Assembly (NCBI GenBank): GCA_000934665.2 | Contig: JYFJ02000197.1 | Span: 186,001 to 248,428 of the forward strand | From: Catajapyx aquilonaris | Taxonomy: Eukaryota | Length of the DNA: 62,428 nt | Reading direction: 5' to 3' | Shown here: one piece after another, positions 41,594 to 52,548 of the stretch | Numbering within the stretch: the stretch's first letter is position 1 | How the letters are laid out: each line of letters begins with the position of its first letter | Made by a program: the position numbers and the translations under genes | Notes under the pieces: generated by a model | Databases searched by the model: none | Seen by the model: only the letters and a program-made list of their open reading frames with translations | Told to the model about the DNA's origin: nothing

Positions 41594-42596
41594 GATAATC
41601 TAGCGGAGTGGTATCAAAAATGTTAATCGCCTTCATGAAGTTACTTAGGCAGAATAAGCACTTAAACGCGATTAATGCAGAAATAGAGAATGAACTGCAT
41701 CAAAGCTCTAAAATTCAACAGGTGCAAATGCTAATGGCTGTATAGGGTTGATGGTAAACGTAGGAAATTAACTGCTGTTGCACATTTTGCGCACTAGAAA
41801 TGTGCTTATTTTCTCTGATGGTCCTTGAAGGGCTCATCATGCAGATTAATGAGCATCATCAAGGCTTTCATAAATTCGCTGTATCAATAGAGCTATTTGA
41901 TTTTACTCTAAGCGTCCCGGTAGAGGCAAGGCGTTTCCCCATTACACTTCACTTATAAAATTAGTATTGTAATAGGCTGATAGCGGAGCCTGTCATTTAA
42001 GAACGATAGAATACATCATACGGCATACAGTCTTGCATGATTGACATCACTTGCCAGTCACAAGTCATAAACCTGCCATTTGTGTCACGTGTGCTGAAGC
42101 CAAGTAGCTTCACTGAGGCGACACAATCAGTGTAATAAAACAATATAATGATTGTTCATATAACAGCAGGAAAATAATGCACAGATTTGTCAACGTGTCA
42201 GTCACATCACTTCTAAGGTCTGAATGCATTCTATATTTACAAACTGTTATTTATCTGTCCCTGTGATTATCTTCGACGAGATAAATTGCTTCACCCCACT
42301 TCATGTCACACTGTCCACATATCACTTTCACATATTTCCCCATCTTTCCTTCTGCAATGTTGCTAAGGCGCTCATACTCAGTCTACCTCATTACAAACGC
42401 GTTTCCCACAGTAGTTGACTGCCCCCACAAATAACCCTTATCCGACAGATCCGACAATACCCATCAATAACAATAATTGCACTTGGAGTACTGCACGCTT
42501 CAATTTCATATTGCAAAAAAAAATACATATCAAGGTGATGATGTCGGGGCGTGGCGTGTCGTACGGTAGGTGTAGGGAGAACCTCTGGATCTATGT

Positions 42597-42628
42597 CCCC
42601 CCCCCCCCCCCCCCCCCCCCCCCNCCCC
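42597..42628. repeat. Poly-C tract containing an ambiguous base
   Basis: About 31 C with an n at 42624. A similar tract with an n lies at 47163-47183. Confidence 0.9.
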
Positions 42629-44655
42629 TACCCCCCACCCTTATCGATCAGACCTAGGTTTAGGTGTTGCCCCAAAAGAGGGAGGGGGGAGAGGCGGGAG
42701 GGCTGGCTGGGCTGGCCAACACTGCATGGCTCAGAGCGAGAGTGGTCTCCATGAGAGACGGGTCGGTCCGTGGGTTTCTCTCGTGTACTAGTGTTTGTGA
42801 GGTCAACGATGTGGCCGATTGGTTCCGGTTGCTGGACTCATTTGCTGGTATGGATCAACAGGCACGTATGGGGGAAATTGGATTTGAAATTGCCGCGCCG
42901 TATTTGGGGAGGGTTAAATCACTGTTTGGCACGTTTTGGCTAGGTGTGAACAGTCATAATTCATGGAGGGAAAGTTTGACCTGGTGACCATGTTCTGTTG
43001 ACACGGTGGCGAGGGCGATTTGTTTCACTGCCGTTTCGTAATAGGAACTAATTAATCGTGGGGAGGCTGTGAGACTGTTGGGGTTGCCGGTAGATTTATT
43101 TTAATGTGTAGGTTTCATGTGGAGTGACGTTTAATGGTGGGTTTGGTTTGAAATAGTTGTTAAATTTAGTTACACAGACATATTTCAAATCGGTGGTGTT
43201 TTATCAGTTTAGAGTGGTTCACTAAGAAGCGACAAAGGTGAGTGGCCTATGGCCTATGGCCACTGAACCCTTTTTCTTGTAACTCATATACTTGTTTATT
43301 GCTGGGGTGATAGTGGTTTATTGACTGTTAAAATATATTGAATGCATAGGGCGCATATTTTTGTCACTATTTGGCAGCAGAATTAATTCAAACGTAATTT
43401 GTAGCACTACCAAAGCACCCGTATCATTCATTACCAAGTATAAAAAGAACGTGATTTCATTAGTTCCCGTCCTGTTCTGTTTATAATAATTATATATACG
43501 CTGTTATCAAGGAAAGAAACGACCGCAGTCACAAACACATCGCGAATGCTATAACAGCGTTACCGGATAACCGATAGTACATATGCGAAAAATGCTGCCA
43601 CAATTAATGCAAATAACACTGACTGACAAATCACCATAACATAATCATCATCCCTATAGTAACAATTAATTTAAATTTACGGCCCAAATATTTACGTTGT
43701 ATAACTGCACGTTTACGAGACTAATATTACTCGAGTGAAATAGTGTGGACTTGGGACATATTTCTGTCTCTAGACATACTTACAAGCCTCTCCTGTCGCC
43801 AGAGCCATTAGCTGGATAACGATGTAGGCGACATTTGAGCACTTTGGATAATCCAATCTATTTCAAGCTCGCCTGTCTGAGAAGACTGGAAAATATGCGA
43901 TCATAATCGACGCTTCAACCTTGAACGCCATCACGTCTTCTGACAATGCCCTGATAATGTCACCTTCGTCTCTTGTCTTTTTAGAACCCACAGGTGCATT
44001 TTTTTTTAAAGACAGAAAGAGGAACAACAACAAAAAAATTCCAAATTTTGCTCTCCTGATTTGCCCTGGAAGTTGTGGTGTAATTTCCACTTGTCAGACC
44101 ACGTGCTTAAACAGGCTGTGAATATTTATGCAACAATATAACTCCCTCCCATAAATCAGACTCGATTTGCCTCTTTTTTGGGGGCCACGTGACACTGATG
44201 AAAATTCCACCTTGTAATGCAATAATCACAGGGCAAAGCCGCGTGAAATTGTGAACTGTCGCCAGAAACTTGGCCTCAATTTATGGCGCTTTTTGTCATT
44301 GCCAGGCCAATAATAAGACACCCATAAAACGGGGATGTGTAGCATGCGTGACGTTATTACACGCGCTGACACTGCCTGTCAAAATTTTTGCAGAGCTGGA
44401 TTCATTGCAACGTCTGTCATGTTTCGGAAGTTCGTTTATCCACCAATTATTGTTGTATCATTTGCTCATGCTGGGAGGTATTTACATTTGGTACAGGACT
44501 GACAGCGTAATTGTGCGTCAAGTTTTATTATAATGCGGACCTACCAGGTGGTCCAAATGGTTTATTCTAACAATTTTTTTTCTAATGGGAAAAGCAGGTT
44601 AATTAGGCGTGTACTAAGAAATGTGTGCAACAAGTCCGGGGTAATTGGAGCAGTT

Positions 44656-44700
44656 TGCGCACGCGCGTTTTCAGACGGAAGTGACGTCACCAGCATGCGC
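44656..44700. promoter_or_regulatory. Motif cluster: ETS-CRE composite CGGAAGTGACGTCAC flanked by NRF1/Ewg-like GCGCACGCGC and GCATGCGC
   Basis: Motifs read directly from the sequence (composite at 44676-44690) in a small CpG-rich patch about 5.4 kb upstream of the fz2 coding exon. Function is not shown. Confidence 0.35.
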
Positions 44701-47700
44701 GGATGGGTTCGTGGAAGGGTCAGATTTGCATTGCGCATACACAGGCCATACACGAATCTTAATGTTTTTCGCATATTAAATTTTAGTGCACGCAATCAAT
44801 GTACCATGAATAATAATTAATTCATTTTGACATGAATGTGGACGCATTTTCAGTCACAAAAATGTATAGTCACTGACCTGTAAAATTGTTATTTTTTTGT
44901 TCAGTATGGTTCTGTCTGTCTGCATTAGAAAGGACAAGCAATACCTGACCGCAACCATATATCACATGGTCAGCGACAATTAAATCCTCAATCTGCCATT
45001 CCAATCCTCGCCCTCCGTTTCTGGTCGGTCATAAAAAGACTTCCCAGTGTTCAATAAACCAGCACTAAAGCCGTAATTGCGGCCCACTAAATTCTAGTTA
45101 ACGAGAACCAGAAGGACAAGGACCACTACACCTTAATAGAGAACTAGTTCCTCGCACATCGTTTGCTCTTGGGCGATGAGATCGTTTTTCAACCCCCCCT
45201 TTTTTTTTCTTAAACACTTCAGCAATTTTGCAAGCTTATTTTAGGCCTGCATATTTAAAAAGGATGTAATAGGTTCAATGCCTCGTACTACCACTTTTTT
45301 TTAGCCCAGTCAATTTGGGGTGGAACAGAACTCACATAATAACGCAAAAGTGATATTGACGAAACAACCCTCCCGGTTTTAACACAATAATATGAGCACG
45401 GAAAATACGGCTCGTAATTTATCGTTCAATGTCGTGCTTTATGGCAATGCAGTGTTAACAATTACAGTCTTTTATGACACGCGGCCATAAATACCTGCGC
45501 ATGGAAATATTGCAGCCTGAGAGCAAACTATTTGTTCGCTTGTACGTTTTAAAAAATCGGTTTGGAAGCGATCCAAATCAAAGAAAGAAAAAAAAAGACT
45601 GAACCCAATTGCTGTCGAGTTTAAGAAGAGAACAAATGGGGGCGTTGGTCGGATAATCTTGTTGTTTGTCAATCCGACGCCGGACTTTTCTACTTCCAGT
45701 CGCCTGAAGCTGGTTGTCATTCCGTTAGATTCTATTGTTTCACGATAAGAGTTTATAAATCAAACTGGAAAGGCGTTCTAGATAGTTCAAACACTGGATT
45801 GGAAACTGGAACATTAACGTAGCGTTATCAATTTAAGTGAGCGTGTGTGTTGACCGTGTAACTACTATAAGAAGCGTTCATAAATTAGCGTCTTGGCCAT
45901 AAAATGTTTTTTTTCTATATTAGGTCAGGTGCTACCAGTAGTCTCAATAACCTTGACCCTAACAAACGGTCATCGTGGGAGTGTTTTCTTTATTGCTTAA
46001 ACAACCACAGATTTACTACTCAGTGTTTCAATAATACGGCGTTAATTAACACCAACTCTGCAATATAACACCTCAGTCCAGGCACCATACCAGTGATTTA
46101 TGCAGAGCAGTTCACTAACCTCACACTTCGAACCTTCATTGTGCCATACCACTAGAGCACAAATAGGCATCGCCCGTCGTATCTAAATATGGAACTTAAC
46201 ATCCAGCACTCTCGCCACTTAACCTCTTTTCCCTGATTATGGGACCAATCCTGCAACTTTCCTTCCTCTGCCTATTCTAGTCAACCTTACTCTACTTTCT
46301 ACTTTCTAGCTCTATACAAACAGTTTTCAAAGAAGCACACAAAAAATGTCTCAACTATTGGAAATGCTCTGCCATTTTGGCTTTGAATTGTGTGTCCACC
46401 TGTGTTAGGCTGCCTATTCGTCATGGCGGTGACCATTGAGTAGTATCGTGTCCCCCATCTTAACTGCCCCTAGCAAAACGTTGATCAAGGACGAAAAATT
46501 CAGGAGTGGAATGAGAGCGCTTTTTTTAATTCCCCCCACTCCACCTTTCCCCTCAACTTACCCCCACCCCTTGTATTGAAGATTTTACGTGCTTCTCATT
46601 CAGAAGTTTGCCGCACAAAGGCCAGACTCGGTGGCGTGAACCTATCGACAAGGATTTTACTCGAATCGATCGCAAACTCTGTGACTCATCAGCAAATGGA
46701 AAACCTGTGCTATTCAAAAAAAATTTGTTTGAAACCAGCCGCTGCCTGACTCTCTTTGTCGCAATTTATGTGCCGTCCCATGTAATAACAGTATTTGTAA
46801 AAAAAAATAACTGGTTAATTAGCACCCTATTTTTACAATTATTTAACGCAAACAGAATGCGAATTCCATGTACATATTGTAAATTATTGATTACAAATTC
46901 GGGTTAATAATTAACTTTCCGGATCATAAATGTCGTTATTACTGCCGCATTGTCCATCAAATTATTACATGCTCGTAATACCTGGACGCCCTTTCCTTTT
47001 CAAGAAACCCCCTTTTTTTCTTTTTAAAAGCATAATTTGCCGGATGAGATTGGCCTGTTATCACGTGAAATAAATGGCCTGGGCACCCCGTCTGGCGAGC
47101 TTCTGCTGAACATGTTGCCGCCCTGTGATCATGGTCTCTTATACAAACCTGGCGGGCATGCTCCCCCCCCCCCCCNCCCCCCCTTGCTCAGTGTGGTACA
47201 AAAAAGGGGTTACCGGTAGATTTTTATTATTCACGAGGGAATAACGTGTAGAAAACAAGAGCTTTTCGGACCCACTCAGGGTGGTGTACAAGCCCCATTA
47301 AAAGTTGTAGTCGGAACAGTCCGGCAACCATAGGATGAAACCCTCAGAGGCGTCGTAGTTGACATTATGGCCAAAGTTGGAGACACGTAGGGAGAGTTAC
47401 GAGGTTTGGACTAGGAACGTGTACTGGGCATAATAGGTGTACCTGTACAGTACAGGCCTGTGAGGCTGACAAATCCAGTATACGTGATCCTCTTCAGTAA
47501 GGCTGGAGAAATAGGCGAAATGCCATAGAGGGTGCCAGTCTCCTCCATATTGACACCCACCCTGCCAAGTCAATTCCAGTAGGAAAATCTCTCGCCCATT
47601 TCATCTGGTAAGTCTGGCTGGATGTGAGGGGTTGACTGGCTCCTTGGGGTGCGCGTCATTGGGGCTTCCCTAGGATCCGACGTGCTCGGAAAGCCGCGGC

Positions 47701-50073
47701 TGGCATGCTTCACCCATTAGTGGGGTAGTTTCAGGGCATATACCCAGGAGCGAGGGGGTGCACTGGTAGGAATAAGGTGAGGGAGCAAGAGGACTAGACG
47801 AGATCACGTTCTAATGCAACTTTCAGAATAGGTTCAGAATGATGGGTCCCAACTGCTGTTCGGTGGGATATATATGTCAGTGTTGACTGCGAAAAGGACG
47901 CTCTGGGGTTGTTGCTACCAGAAAAACACTTGTAGGGCTGGGCGTGGGATTATTCAGTCTGAAAATTACGTAAACATTTTTGGTGTAAAGGGTGCTGGCT
48001 TGGAATGCTCATAACATATTCATTATAACTTATCGAATATACCGTATGCGATATTTTTCTCCATATAGAACCTCGGGCGGACCTGCTTTGCTCTATATAA
48101 CGCCGTACTTACATATGCAAGGCTCTAGTGCAACGACCTGAATGTTCATATGTGTGGGTCCAAATAATAGGCTATGTGTCCATTGTAATGGCATACATAT
48201 ATACGAAATAAGGATTCTAACAAGTTTTCTATCTTGTTCAGGTTATTGGGTTTTTTTCAGTAATACATTTTTAATAGCTGTTTCTTTCATTTCCTTGAAG
48301 GTTTCATGGGAATAATTTCTAAACTTTTAAATCTCTCCCCAGATTGTGTGTGAGTTTTTATAGCGATGGTACATTGCACAAACTAACGATGTTCCATTCA
48401 CACAATGAAGATTTTATAGAGTTTGCGTTGATATTTTTACAGCATGAGCTGTCACAAAGGTCAAGAACCTTCCAGTTCCAGTAATTCTCAGGAGGGTGGG
48501 CGTTTTTGTCGCTTAACCTAGCACATGAAGTCGTCTGCTTGATTATTTACATTGCCAGAAAGCGACTTTTAATGCCTTTTACTGCCTCTTCATTCATGTT
48601 TCTAGCATTTGCCTAATGCCATGCAGTTGCATGCGTAACATTTTTTCAATACCCTAGCTTTGATATTTTACAAGTGTAATAGACTATACCTAAGTACGTA
48701 ACCTAAATCAAAAATTTTATCTAACAATGACCTCTTTTTGATCATGAACCCTCGCTGATGTCATATGTATACTGTAGATGGGAAGGTCTCAGCACTTTTT
48801 CCATATGCATAATCGGTTAACTATTCCGTTGGCGTGCACGACATGTCTGTGAGTAATACGAACAATAAGCCGCGTCATCATTCGCCTTCTAGGCCGTACA
48901 TGCTGCAGTTCTATTTTCTGTCCACAATGCCGTGTTCGTCCTCTTCACCTGGGCGTTGGAAACATCCTCCCCTCCCCTACCAGCTTCCCAAAAAAGTCCG
49001 GCGAGAAGGTCTCGACACGCGCTGATTGGGAGACCCCCAACAGGGACATTTACACACAATATGCCCACCCGGGTTTAATGAGCAAACCTGCGGAGCCCTT
49101 GTCATCCTCTTGGGTGGGAACCTGAAACAGATTTTGGTCCGGATATGGTCCTGCACGTTTCGATTTTTTAAGCGCATTGGCAGAGAGGGGCCCAGAGTTA
49201 GTTGGCAGTAATGGAGATAAAAATGCATTCCACTGTCAGTTTTTCAATACCAACAGACACCAGAAAATGCGGGCAGCATTTGAAAAATTAAATAGCAATT
49301 AATACATTTTGGTACTATCCGGCAGTGTGACTATTTTAGTGCAACCAGCCAAGCGGCACTACAATAACACTGATGGTAACTGCCCCAGAATATTTATAGG
49401 ACCCTGTCACTATCAATCCCCAATTGAATCCAAATAATCCTCGGCGTTCCGAGCGACAAAGATTTGTTTCACGTGCCGCCCCCGAAAAGAGGGGCTTTGA
49501 CTAGATGGAAAGTGTGGTGTGGTCATCAAGCTCCCTTTGGGCTCGCGTGGGGGGGTGTTCATAAAGCGGTCATTATCTCCCCGTAACTTGTCACGTGCGA
49601 GCTCACCAAAACCGACATGAAAACGGAGTGACAACTCTCCATTGGAGTGGAGCGCACGAATACGCTACGTTTCATTCGGTAACCACGGTCATTTTTTTTG
49701 CCCGTGAGTGAAAAGGGAAGTGTGCCATGGAGGTGGGGTAACTCGAGCTTCCAAAGGGTGTTTTTATACCTGATGGGATTAGCCAGCAGAAGGGAAGAAA
49801 ATTTGGATTTCATGAATGTGGTGTACGCATTTAACACCTTCCATTATTGGGGGTGCGCCCCTCTGAATTTTCCAGGAGAAGTGGCATTCAACACCTCCGG
49901 GGCCTCGTCTTTTCAGGGGGTTCTCTCAGAATTAATTTACCTGACCCGTCAATCAAGCCATTGACATGGTGGTGCCCTCCTGGGGTCACATCCCCATTGT
50001 CCTAAATCCTCCAGGCTTGGAAAAGTCCTCAAGAGAACTCCCTCCACTGTCAAAATTGTAACCTGACATTGGA

Positions 50074-50102
50074 CTAATCTCCTCTTTCTCGCCTCCTTTC
50101 AG
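50074..50102 (+). other. fz2: Branch point, polypyrimidine tract and 3' splice site opening the fz2 coding exon at 50103
   Basis: ctaat followed by ctcctctttctcgcctcctttcAG|. This implies one or more upstream non-coding exons. Confidence 0.75.
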
Positions 50103-50225
50103 ATCTCCCTTCTGATTTGGCCTTCTGGCATTTGAGAGAGAGACCAGCAGTCGCCCCCCAGTGCCCACTCCAGGTGGTTGGTTCTTCCTGCTGCATGTAG
50201 TCATGGTGTGAACTGGGTGTGCAAG

Positions 50226-51968
50226 ATGGGCTCCTTACCGCTGGTGCCGCTGGTGACACTGCTGGTGGCGTGGCTGCCATGCTGGTGTGTCGCCAACAAG
50301 GGCAGCCGCTGCGAAGAGATCAACATCCCGATGTGCCGAGGAATAGGGTACAACCTGACCTCGATGCCGAACCAGTTCAACCACGACACGCAGGAGGAGG
50401 CAGGGCTGGAGGTGCACCAGTTCTGGCCCCTGGTCGAGATCCAGTGCTCCTCCGACCTCAAGTTCTTCTTGTGCTCCATGTACTCCCCGATCTGCATGGA
50501 GGACTACCACCAGCCGTTGCCGGCGTGTCGCAGCGTGTGCGAGCGCGCCAAAGCTGGTTGTGCCCCCCTGATGCGGCAGTACGGGTTCGCCTGGCCCGAG
50601 CGGATGAACTGCGACAAGCTGCCCCTGTTCGGTGACCCACACCATCTGTGCATGGACGCCAAGAACGGGTCCGGCCCTGAGGAGCCGGCGACCCCCTTCC
50701 CCAACGTGCGTCCTCCCTCCACGACGCGCCCTCGCACTGGCCAACAGGGGCCCAGGGCCAAGAACCACCCTTGCCTGTCCAGCCGAGAAGGGTGCCGCGA
50801 TATGAGGGACAAGCAGAGCTGCGAGTGCCGGTGCAACGGACCATTGATCAACATCACGCAGGACAGCCCCTGGTTCAACCGCAGCGTGACCGTCTACAAT
50901 CAGGACAACTGCGGTCTGCCTTGCGGCGGAACCTTCTTCGAGCCTGAAGAGAAGGAGTTTGCGCAGTGGTGGATCACTCTGTGGTCCAGCCTGTGCTGCA
51001 TCTCCACCCTGATGACTCTGACCACGTTCCTGATCGACATGGAGCGGTTCAAGTACCCCGAGAGGCCCATAGTGTTCCTGTCGGCCTGCTACTTCTTAGT
51101 GAGCGTGGGGTACTTGATCCGGGTGATCCTGGGTCCGGAGGCCATAGCCTGCGACGGAGGCATGATCCGGTACAACTACACGGGCCCCACCTTCTGCACA
51201 GCCGTCTTCCTCTTGATCTACTTCTTCGGCATGGCCAGCTCCATATGGTGGGTGATCCTGGCCCTCACCTGGTTCCTGGCAGCCGGGCTCAAGTGGGGCA
51301 ACGAAGCCATCGCCAGCTACTCCCAGTACTTCCACCTGGCCGCCTGGCTAATACCGACGGTCAAAGCCACGGCCGTCCTCCTGATGAGCTCCGTGGACGG
51401 CGACCCTGTGGCAGGCGTGTGCTACGTGGGCAACCAGAACGTGGACAACCTCCGCGGGTTCGTTCTGGCCCCCCTGGTGGTATACCTCCTTCTGGGCACC
51501 ACCTTCCTTCTGGCCGGATTCGTCAGCCTGTTCCGCATCCGCAATGTGATCAAGCAGCAGGGACGCACCAAGGCAGACAAGCTGGAGAAGCTGATGATCC
51601 GCATCGGCATCTTCAGCGTCCTGTACACGGTACCGGCGACCATAGTGATCGCGTGCTATTTCTACGAGTCGCAGCTACACGACGTGTGGATGAAGCCCCT
51701 GGTGTGCCACTGCGAGGAGAAGCAGAAGCCAGTCTACTCAATCCTCATGCTGAAGTACTTCATGGCTCTGGCCGTGGGCATAACCTCCGGTGTGTGGATA
51801 TGGTCGGGCAAGACTCTCGAGTCGTGGAAGCGCTTCTACCAGAGACTGACCGGGAAGCCCACCTACCAGCCCCAGCACAGGACGCTCAAGCAGGTGAACT
51901 ACCCGGCCACGAGTGTGCCTAGTCACGTGGGAAGCGCTCCCAAGCAGCCGCCCCTCAGTCACGTCTGA
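50226..51968 (+). CDS. fz2: Frizzled-2 (Fz5/8 subfamily) Wnt receptor, 580 aa, intronless CDS
   Basis: ATG at 50226 starts a signal peptide (MGSLPLVPLVTLLVAWLPCWCVA); the ORF-track start at 50178 is a TTG. The protein has a Frizzled CRD (CEEINIPMCRGIGYNLTSMPNQFNHDTQEEAGLEVHQFWPLV...), seven TM segments with RFKYPERPIVFLS, WFLAAGLKWGNEAI and KLEKLMIRIGIFSVLYTVP, the Dishevelled-binding KTxxxW motif (KTLESW) and a C-terminal PDZ ligand LSHV, as in Fz5 and Drosophila Fz2. Confidence 0.97.
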   Translation: MGSLPLVPLVTLLVAWLPCWCVANKGSRCEEINIPMCRGIGYNLTSMPNQFNHDTQEEAGLEVHQFWPLVEIQCSSDLKFFLCSMYSPICMEDYHQPLPACRSVCERAKAGCAPLMRQYGFAWPERMNCDKLPLFGDPHHLCMDAKNGSGPEEPATPFPNVRPPSTTRPRTGQQGPRAKNHPCLSSREGCRDMRDKQSCECRCNGPLINITQDSPWFNRSVTVYNQDNCGLPCGGTFFEPEEKEFAQWWITLWSSLCCISTLMTLTTFLIDMERFKYPERPIVFLSACYFLVSVGYLIRVILGPEAIACDGGMIRYNYTGPTFCTAVFLLIYFFGMASSIWWVILALTWFLAAGLKWGNEAIASYSQYFHLAAWLIPTVKATAVLLMSSVDGDPVAGVCYVGNQNVDNLRGFVLAPLVVYLLLGTTFLLAGFVSLFRIRNVIKQQGRTKADKLEKLMIRIGIFSVLYTVPATIVIACYFYESQLHDVWMKPLVCHCEEKQKPVYSILMLKYFMALAVGITSGVWIWSGKTLESWKRFYQRLTGKPTYQPQHRTLKQVNYPATSVPSHVGSAPKQPPLSHV

Positions 51969-52118
51969 CAGAGTGAGGACCCCCAGTTGCAAAGCGTGCC
52001 CACTCCCCTCCTAGGGGCAGCAGGCTCAGGGGCCACCCCGGGGCATGGGAAAGGGATGGGCAGCGCCTTTAGCAACGTGGAGGGTACACCCACTCTTAAT
52101 AACTATGGCCAGTTCTAG
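51969..52118 (+). other. fz2: Candidate stop-codon readthrough extension of fz2 (49 aa) overlapping a long stem-loop
   Basis: Stop context is TGA-CAG. The frame stays open to TAG at 52116-52118 (QSEDPQLQSVPTPLLGAAGSGATPGHGKGMGSAFSNVEGTPTLNNYGQF). Positions 51970-52013 pair with 52046-52096. Confidence 0.6.
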
Positions 52119-52542
52119 CTAGATATCTAACTAGCAGTGCTTGCTGATGCGATTGCCCATCGCAGATATGTATACATACATATACTTGTGGTCCCTCTCT
52201 GTCTGCTGACACATTGCTCTGGAGATTTGCTCTGGTCAGAATTATGTATACGATACGGTCGTGTGGTTTTGTGCGGGAAAAAATTGTTTGTTATTGCGTA
52301 CAGTGGAACTCGATTCATTCAAAATGGAAATATTTCGTACCGAGAATTTGGCACCTATTCAGCTACTGCGTGTGGAGAGTCCTAATGCTACAACTTACAT
52401 GTCATTTCCAGTAAGATTGCGGCTTTAGAAATTCTTGCGAAAATTAATAATTAATTAATCGGACTTGTCATGTAGATCTGCTAGTCATAAATTAATGAGG
52501 TAACTCTCCACGAGGGCAGCAGGCATAGGGACTGCAGACAAC

Positions 52543-52548
52543 AATAAA
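52543..52548 (+). promoter_or_regulatory. Candidate polyadenylation signal for fz2
   Basis: First AATAAA I noticed downstream of the CDS, with a U-rich tract near 52618-52630. The real 3' UTR may be longer. Confidence 0.3.

Noticed and set aside
50178..50225. ORF-track N-terminal extension MVLPAACSHGVNWVCK on fz2
   Set aside because: It starts at TTG. The signal peptide and a good Kozak context begin at ATG 50226.
50966..51922. 318-aa alternative-frame ORF, plus several antisense ORFs, overlapping fz2
   Set aside because: Expected shadow of the high third-position GC of the fz2 CDS. It has no ATG start and no recognisable domain.
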